Virus record (IMG/VR): IMGVR_UViG_3300031758_000002
DNA from: a virus
Lineage: Duplodnaviria; Heunggongvirae; Uroviricota; Caudoviricetes
DNA length: 64,000 nt
Reading direction: 5' to 3' (one strand)
Shown here: piece after piece, positions 58,594 to 64,000 of the stretch
How positions within the stretch are numbered: the first letter of the stretch is position 1
Layout: each line of letters starts with the position of its first letter
Notes under the pieces: model-generated
Databases searched by the model: none
What the model was told of the DNA's origin: nothing
Seen by the model: the letters and a program-made list of their open reading frames with translations, nothing else
Translations under genes and position numbers: made by a program

Positions 58594-59598
58594 TTATTTT
58601 ACTATTTTTGGTTGTTCATTAAAAGTTGCTTTTGATCTTGAGTTAACAGAATAATTTTTATTATCAAATATTAGTATTTCTTTATTATTTGCAAAAATTA
58701 TTTTATTTACCATTTTTTTAGATGAATAATCTCTCATACCGTAAGTATAAACGGTATAAACTCCATCTTTTTCAAAATATGATGTTAATGGTTTAACTTG
58801 ACAATTAATCCCGTTAATTGTTACATCAATACCGTACCATCTATCCATTTTAGAACCGTGAGGATAAAAAGTAATAGAAGCACTTTTAAGTTTGGTTAAA
58901 AGGTATTTAACGGAATCCCTCTCTAATTTTAACCCATTTTCAATTGACTGCCATTGTCTATCAACTAAAAGTTGTGTGAATGCATCATCATTTTTAAATA
59001 AATTTATCATCCAATCAATAATATCTTCATTACTGTCTTGTTCTTTATATCTTAAAAATATCAAATCATGAATTTCGGGCTTGGTATCAAAATAATTCAT
59101 AATAGACCAATCTTCTGTTTGATCATTAATTTTATCACCAATAGTGTAAACACCTCTTAAACCCGCACTATATATATCATCCTCAGACATCCAATTATTA
59201 GGAAACGCCAAACTCAATGCCTTTCTAATATTATTCGGAGTAATTCCCATATTTTGAGGTTCATTAGCGCCTTCCCCCAAATTAAAATCTTTATCTAATA
59301 ACCATTGATCAACACTTATGGTTTCTTTTTCAACATTAAATCTTAAATCACTTTTATTGAAAATAAACTCCCCACGGTTACCAACCAATTTAATTTTTCC
59401 TGGTATTGGTGATTTATCAGGTACTGATCTTACCTTATTAAAAAAATATTTTTTGGTAGTTCCTTTCTGCCAAGGATTCACACTCAAATAAGTATATTTT
59501 GTTGGTTCATCAATGATATCAATTTCTTCTTCTTCATTCACTAACCTCATCACTTTAAAATATTGTGACTCAGACAACATTATTTTCATTTTTCTCAT
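58594..59598 (-). CDS. Hypothetical protein with possible C-terminal PD-(D/E)xK nuclease motif
   Basis: 334 aa. MDRWYGIDVTINGINCQVKP fits a D..GID-x(n)-QxK core. N-terminal MKIMLSESQY leader. Confidence 0.5.
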   Translation of the reverse strand: MRKMKIMLSESQYFKVMRLVNEEEEIDIIDEPTKYTYLSVNPWQKGTTKKYFFNKVRSVPDKSPIPGKIKLVGNRGEFIFNKSDLRFNVEKETISVDQWLLDKDFNLGEGANEPQNMGITPNNIRKALSLAFPNNWMSEDDIYSAGLRGVYTIGDKINDQTEDWSIMNYFDTKPEIHDLIFLRYKEQDSNEDIIDWMINLFKNDDAFTQLLVDRQWQSIENGLKLERDSVKYLLTKLKSASITFYPHGSKMDRWYGIDVTINGINCQVKPLTSYFEKDGVYTVYTYGMRDYSSKKMVNKIIFANNKEILIFDNKNYSVNSRSKATFNEQPKIVK

Positions 59599-60107
59599 AA
59601 TCCTCTAAATTCATTAGGTCCAACAGGAGATGCCGATATTGTACGATAAAAAGGTTTATACCCACCGTATGTATGTTTATTATCAGAAACTACACGACCA
59701 TCGTTATTAACCGTATAATATCTAACCAAAGTTTCACTTTCATAGTAACCTATATAATCACCAAAATTTATATCAATTTCCAAATCATCTAATGTTTTTT
59801 GATAAACAGACACTCTAATATTACCAGGTTCCATCTGATCAATTCTTGTAGTTCCCATCATTTTATTTTCAGGTGCCGATACTTGTACAAACGCATTGAA
59901 CTCAACAGGAGGTAAGAATTTAATTCCGTCCTCAACAGTCTCACCATAAACATCATCAGTTTTTGTTTTATATCTATCAATACGATAAAGAACACAAGTA
60001 AAGTTCATATCCCCGACTAACCATTCTTCTCCCATTGAGATATCAAGGTTAAAATCATTTTCTCCGAAAAACTTACCCAGTCTTGTAATAGGTACTTTAT
60101 TTGACAT
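59595..60107 (-). CDS. Neck / head-closure protein, gp14-like
   Basis: 170 aa. DDVYGE....IKFLPPVEFNAFV, IDINFGDYIGY, YYTV motifs. Near gp13-like and gp15-like genes. Confidence 0.7.
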   Translation of the reverse strand: MSNKVPITRLGKFFGENDFNLDISMGEEWLVGDMNFTCVLYRIDRYKTKTDDVYGETVEDGIKFLPPVEFNAFVQVSAPENKMMGTTRIDQMEPGNIRVSVYQKTLDDLEIDINFGDYIGYYESETLVRYYTVNNDGRVVSDNKHTYGGYKPFYRTISASPVGPNEFRGL

Positions 60108-60120
60108 AAAAACAGTTTTA

Positions 60121-60149
60121 TTGATAAATATCTAAATATTGATTATTAT
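60121..60149 (+). promoter_or_regulatory. Sigma70-type promoter for SNF2 helicase
   Basis: TTGATA (60121-60126), 17-nt spacer, TATTAT (60144-60149). Overlaps the divergent TATTTATC motif at 60123-60130. AT-rich context lowers certainty. Confidence 0.5.
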
Positions 60150-60167
60150 TATAAAAAACTAATTAGT

Positions 60168-61931
60168 TTGGATATTCTAACGAAAACGATAGAGCAAAAA
60201 GCATTAGAAGTACTTGAGGTATATTCAGGTGCGAATAACTATATTTTATCTTTAAAAACTAAAAAAGAAAAGAGTAAAAAATTCTTTCCTACTAGATCAC
60301 AATCAGATTATATAAATACTTATCATGATGTAAAACCAAAAGTTGCTCGTAAATGGGTTGACTTGGATTCATACTTCGCAAAGAAATTTGCTGAAGAAAA
60401 ATATCTATTAGAAGTTCCTGAAACTGTTTATGTTGAGAAACTTTTAGTGGAAAAAGAAAAGTCATATCATATTTGGGGTAAATTTTTTGAGAAGGATGAT
60501 TTAACTGAATTTTGGGTTCCTAAATCCGCATTAATTAAAACCCACACAATAGAGAAAGTTGATATTGATTATTCTAAATACGAACATAGACCACCACTTA
60601 CCCACCAAAAAGAAGCGATTGAGAAATTAGTTGGTTCTAAAAGATTTATTCTTGCGGATGATATGGGACTTGGTAAAACAACTTCCACAATAATTGCCGC
60701 TTTAGAAACAGGTGCAAAAAGAATTTTAATTGTATGTCCCGCATCATTAAAAATAAATTGGCAACGAGAGATTGAAAATTATACTGATCGTAGTGTTTAT
60801 ATTAGTGAAGGTAAAAAATTCTCTACAGAAGAAGACTTTACGATTGTTAATTACGACATTCTTAAAAATTTCTACGATACAAAAAATAAAGACAATTCAA
60901 TCATACATAATTCAAATTTTGACTTGGTTATTTTGGATGAGGCACATATGATATCAAATCCACAAGCTCAACGAACTAAAATTATTAATTCATTCGTTAA
61001 AGATATTAAACGAGTGTGGTTGTTGACAGGAACACCAATGACATCTCGTCCCATGAATTACTATAATCTTTTGAGTATCATCGAAAGTCCCGTAGCACAG
61101 AATTGGATGGCTTATGCTATCCGATACTGTCAGGGATATCAATTCATGGCAGGGAAAAGAAAAGTATGGAATGTACAAGGAGCATCAAATCTTGAGGAAT
61201 TAAGAGACAGGACTTCAAAACAGATGTTAAGACGATTGAAAGAAGATGTCCTTGATTTACCAGATAAAATTATTTCACCAATATATCTAAGATTAGTTTC
61301 TAAAGACTACGAAGAAATGATGGGAGAATATTATGATTGGTATGAAAACAAATCTGACGAATCATCATCTTTGACTATTCAGTTTAGTAAATTGATGAAA
61401 GTTAGAAAAATTATTGCAAACGAAAAAATCAAACACACAATTGAATTTGTTGAGAACATAATTGAACAAGGTAAAAAGGTTATCATATTCACAAATTTTA
61501 CGGATACATTACAAATGATACATAATCATTTTGGGAAACAGTCTGTTTACTTGGATGGTAGTTGTACTAAACCTCAAAGACAATATGCCGTAGATCAGTT
61601 TCAAGATAATGAAAAAATTAAAGTATTTGTAGGTAACCTTAAAGCGGCAGGTGTTGGTTTAACATTAACATCGGCAGAAGTGGTAATAATGAATGACTTA
61701 TCATTTGTCCCTGCGGAACACGCACAGGCTGAGGATAGAGCGTATCGTTACGGACAAAAAAATAATGTTCTTGTTTATTACCCATTATTTGATAACTCAA
61801 TTGAGGGCGCAATATATGATATTCTTACTAGAAAAAAACAAATCATAAATACCGTGATGGGTGATGACTTACTTGAAAATGGTGGAGATGTTGTAGAGGA
61901 AATACTCAATTCAATTAACAAGAGAAGATAA
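60168..61931 (+). CDS. SNF2-family (SMARCAL1/HARP-like) helicase
   Basis: 587 aa, TTG start. ILADDMGLGKT, VCPASL..NW..EI, DEAH, LLTGTP, GVGLTL, QAEDRAYRYGQ. Confidence 0.92.
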   Translation: MDILTKTIEQKALEVLEVYSGANNYILSLKTKKEKSKKFFPTRSQSDYINTYHDVKPKVARKWVDLDSYFAKKFAEEKYLLEVPETVYVEKLLVEKEKSYHIWGKFFEKDDLTEFWVPKSALIKTHTIEKVDIDYSKYEHRPPLTHQKEAIEKLVGSKRFILADDMGLGKTTSTIIAALETGAKRILIVCPASLKINWQREIENYTDRSVYISEGKKFSTEEDFTIVNYDILKNFYDTKNKDNSIIHNSNFDLVILDEAHMISNPQAQRTKIINSFVKDIKRVWLLTGTPMTSRPMNYYNLLSIIESPVAQNWMAYAIRYCQGYQFMAGKRKVWNVQGASNLEELRDRTSKQMLRRLKEDVLDLPDKIISPIYLRLVSKDYEEMMGEYYDWYENKSDESSSLTIQFSKLMKVRKIIANEKIKHTIEFVENIIEQGKKVIIFTNFTDTLQMIHNHFGKQSVYLDGSCTKPQRQYAVDQFQDNEKIKVFVGNLKAAGVGLTLTSAEVVIMNDLSFVPAEHAQAEDRAYRYGQKNNVLVYYPLFDNSIEGAIYDILTRKKQIINTVMGDDLLENGGDVVEEILNSINKRR

Positions 61932-61947
61932 AACTTTCATTTGAAGA

Positions 61948-61955
61948 TATTTATT
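61948..61955 (+). promoter_or_regulatory. TATTTATT upstream motif
   Basis: A few nt upstream of the ATG at 61960 (peptidase-SOD). Confidence 0.55.
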
Positions 61956-61959
61956 GTTA

Positions 61960-63051
61960 ATGAAAGTTTCAATAAAATATCTTAAATCGGATATCCCAAA
62001 AAAAGATTACAAATTATTTGAGGATTTTATAAAATTCTTAAGTAAAAAATTGCCGTTGGTTGATGATATAGAAATAGTTTTTACGGGTGAAAGATATGGT
62101 AAAATGAGTACTGGTAGTAGGACTAACAAACATATATTAAAGATACTCGCAAAAAATAGATTAAATAGAGATATTATGAGAACTCTTGCTCACGAATGGG
62201 TTCACGAATATCAACACGGAGTTTTAGATAGAGATAAAGGTCCGGACATTGGTGGGAAAAATGAAGATGAAGCAAATGCGTTTGCGGGTCAAATTGTTAA
62301 AATGTTTGAGAAAGACTATCCAAATTATGAAAAAACAATATTTGAGGGGTTTAAATCAATATCCAATAAATTAGATATCATATCAGAACAGATAGTCCTT
62401 AAAGAAAAAGAAAACATCCAAAAACAGTTTTTAACTGAAATGAAAAAAATAGGTATTGAGAAATTACCTTATTCATATTCAGCAATTAAAAAATTTGTAG
62501 ATCCTGAGACAATGGATATTCATTATAACAAACACTACAAAGGATATGTAAAAAAATTAAACGACGCTTTATCAAGTAGAAAAGGTGATATGGAACTTGA
62601 GGACATTGTTAAATCCATTAGTAAATTTGATACTAAAGTTAGAAACAATGCTGGAGGAGCTTTCAACCATGCATTATTTTGGAAAATGTTATCCCCAACA
62701 AAACAAACACCTAAAGGTATTGTTTTTGAGAAAATAAAAAAACAATACGGTTCATTTAACAAATTTAAAGAAGAATTTAATAAAACCGCATTAGATAGAT
62801 TTGGTTCAGGGTGGGCTTGGTTAGTATTAACTAAAACAGGTAGATTAAAAATTATGTCAACCCCAAATCAAGACAATCCATTAATGAATGTTGTTGAGGG
62901 TGGTGGTTATCCACTTCTTGGACTTGATGTTTGGGAACATGCTTATTATTTGAGATACAGAAACAAGAGGGATCAGTACATTAAAAACTTTTGGAATTGT
63001 GTTAATTGGGAATTCGTCAATGAGTTATACGAATTAAGAATGAAGAAATAA
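61960..63051 (+). CDS. sodA: Fusion: N-terminal IrrE/ImmA-like HExxH metallopeptidase domain + C-terminal Mn-type superoxide dismutase
   Basis: LAHEWVHEYQH...EDEANAFAG, then from M161 (62440) KLPYSY...IHYNKH...NNAGGAFNH...FGSGWAWL...NQDNP...DVWEHAYY. Confidence 0.85.
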   Translation: MKVSIKYLKSDIPKKDYKLFEDFIKFLSKKLPLVDDIEIVFTGERYGKMSTGSRTNKHILKILAKNRLNRDIMRTLAHEWVHEYQHGVLDRDKGPDIGGKNEDEANAFAGQIVKMFEKDYPNYEKTIFEGFKSISNKLDIISEQIVLKEKENIQKQFLTEMKKIGIEKLPYSYSAIKKFVDPETMDIHYNKHYKGYVKKLNDALSSRKGDMELEDIVKSISKFDTKVRNNAGGAFNHALFWKMLSPTKQTPKGIVFEKIKKQYGSFNKFKEEFNKTALDRFGSGWAWLVLTKTGRLKIMSTPNQDNPLMNVVEGGGYPLLGLDVWEHAYYLRYRNKRDQYIKNFWNCVNWEFVNELYELRMKK

Positions 63052-63052
63052 A

Positions 63053-63060
63053 TATTTATA
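63053..63060 (+). promoter_or_regulatory. TATTTATA upstream motif
   Basis: Upstream of the ATG at 63075 (gp13-like). Confidence 0.6.
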
Positions 63061-63074
63061 ATAAAACTATTACT

Positions 63075-64000
63075 ATGGGAATTATACCAGAACCACAAAG
63101 AAGTGAATTATACACTAAAATTAGACACATACTCGGAGCACCGTTAAGGAGTGTTGAATTAGAGGACGAACAAATGGATACCCTTCTTGAATTCTCAATA
63201 GATGAGTATTCTCAAAAAGTTAATGATTGGTTGATTGAATCTCAATGGACAAGTTTATGGAATTTGAATCTTGAAACTCAATCGTTATCAAGAGCCTTTG
63301 TAACAAAAAGTTTAGATTACGAAACAAGATACACATACGCATATTCTAAAATCGTTGGGTTACAAGCGGGTGGAGAGTGGGAACTTAAAAAGGATTACAT
63401 CCAATTAGTCAAAAACCAACAAATATACGAAATACCTGAAGGAAGAGAAATTAATGAACTACTATGGTTTACTCCTGCAACACTAAACAACACAATGTTT
63501 GATCCATGGTCATTTGGTTCATTAGGATATGGTGGAGGTCTTGGTGGAGGTGGAGGTCTCGCACAAATGGGTGGTAATATGGCAGGTTCATATTTTATGA
63601 TGCCGGCTTTTGATATGTTATTGAGAATGCAAGAAATAAACATTCAAAGAAGAATTATTGCTGGTGATTTAACATATAGAATTACCGCATTACCAGGTGG
63701 TAAAAAAGCTATACATTTAATGAACACTCCTGGTGGTAAGTTTGATTTTGGTAATGGAACAATGACTAAAGGAAAAGTATGGTATTGGTACTATGATACT
63801 ACTGAAGGAGGTAGAGACAAATGTTTAAAAGATAATCCTGATATTATTAAATTACCATCTGATGTTCCGATTGATAAACTTTCTTGGGTTGATTTAAATC
63901 ATCCCGCACAAGTTTGGGTTAGAAATTGGTTTATCGCAAGTTGTAAAGAAACTCTATCAAAAGTTAGAGGTAAATTTAGTGGTAATATCAAAACACCGGA
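63075..64000 (+). CDS. Neck / head-tail adaptor, T4 gp13-like (truncated by right edge; absent from the ORF track)
   Basis: ATG at 63075 reads MGIIPEPQRSELYTKIRHILGAPLRSVELEDEQMD and stays open to the window end. LGAP...VEL..EQ and late WVRNWFIASCKETLSKVRGKFS fit the gp13 pattern. Confidence 0.8.
   Translation, partial: MGIIPEPQRSELYTKIRHILGAPLRSVELEDEQMDTLLEFSIDEYSQKVNDWLIESQWTSLWNLNLETQSLSRAFVTKSLDYETRYTYAYSKIVGLQAGGEWELKKDYIQLVKNQQIYEIPEGREINELLWFTPATLNNTMFDPWSFGSLGYGGGLGGGGGLAQMGGNMAGSYFMMPAFDMLLRMQEINIQRRIIAGDLTYRITALPGGKKAIHLMNTPGGKFDFGNGTMTKGKVWYWYYDTTEGGRDKCLKDNPDIIKLPSDVPIDKLSWVDLNHPAQVWVRNWFIASCKETLSKVRGKFSGNIKTP

Noticed and set aside
1175-63643. Other short track ORFs overlapping long genes (e.g. 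27252..27632, 30272..30565, 35221..35523, 36309..36539, 51255..51488, 63395..63643)
   Set aside because: They lie antisense or out of frame within well-supported genes and show no recognisable motifs.
1-64000. Stop-codon reassignment as in some jumbo phages
   Set aside because: All recognisable genes are full length in the standard code, and TAA, TGA and TAG each occur as terminal codons.
1-64000. tRNA or structured ncRNA genes
   Set aside because: Intergenic gaps are all under about 125 nt and are explained by terminators and promoter motifs. No cloverleaf or T-loop consensus was seen by eye. tRNAscan-SE or Infernal would be needed to exclude them formally.

Overview
This is a 64 kb, very AT-rich, gene-dense segment of a large T4-related contractile-tailed (jumbo-type) bacteriophage. 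No tRNA, rRNA, CRISPR array or integrase was seen, and the ORFs read through in the standard code. Minus strand, right to left: neck (gp14-like), tail terminator, sheath, tube, tail assembly chaperone, tape measure, tube initiator/OmpA-like protein, LysM/gp53-like protein and a giant hub protein. A replication block follows (ssb, recA/uvsX, 5'-3' exonuclease, dnaB, free-standing GIY-YIG endonuclease, nrdB, nrdA). Then come gp25, gp6 and a long run of baseplate-peripheral and fibre genes with SprB-like, PKD, YadA-like and Pro-Thr repeats. Plus strand: a small RHH regulator, a SNF2 helicase, a metallopeptidase-SOD fusion and a gp13-like neck gene cut by the window edge. SprB/DUF5018-like modules, the RNR type and the lack of obvious Shine-Dalgarno sites suggest a Bacteroidota host (inference). 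The most interesting signals are: (1) an IrrE/ImmA-like HExxH peptidase fused to a Mn-type SOD through an (I/L)xE-rich linker; (2) (I/L/V)xE-containing leader peptides on unrelated enzymes embedded in the virion operons, suggesting a capsid-packaged, protease-matured cargo system; (3) an ORF missed by the track behind the tail chaperone, reachable by a +1/-2 frameshift; (4) a strand-oriented TATTTAT(A) motif before at least 18 genes, the reverse complement of the T4 late promoter. All family assignments come from motif recognition by eye, not database searches.
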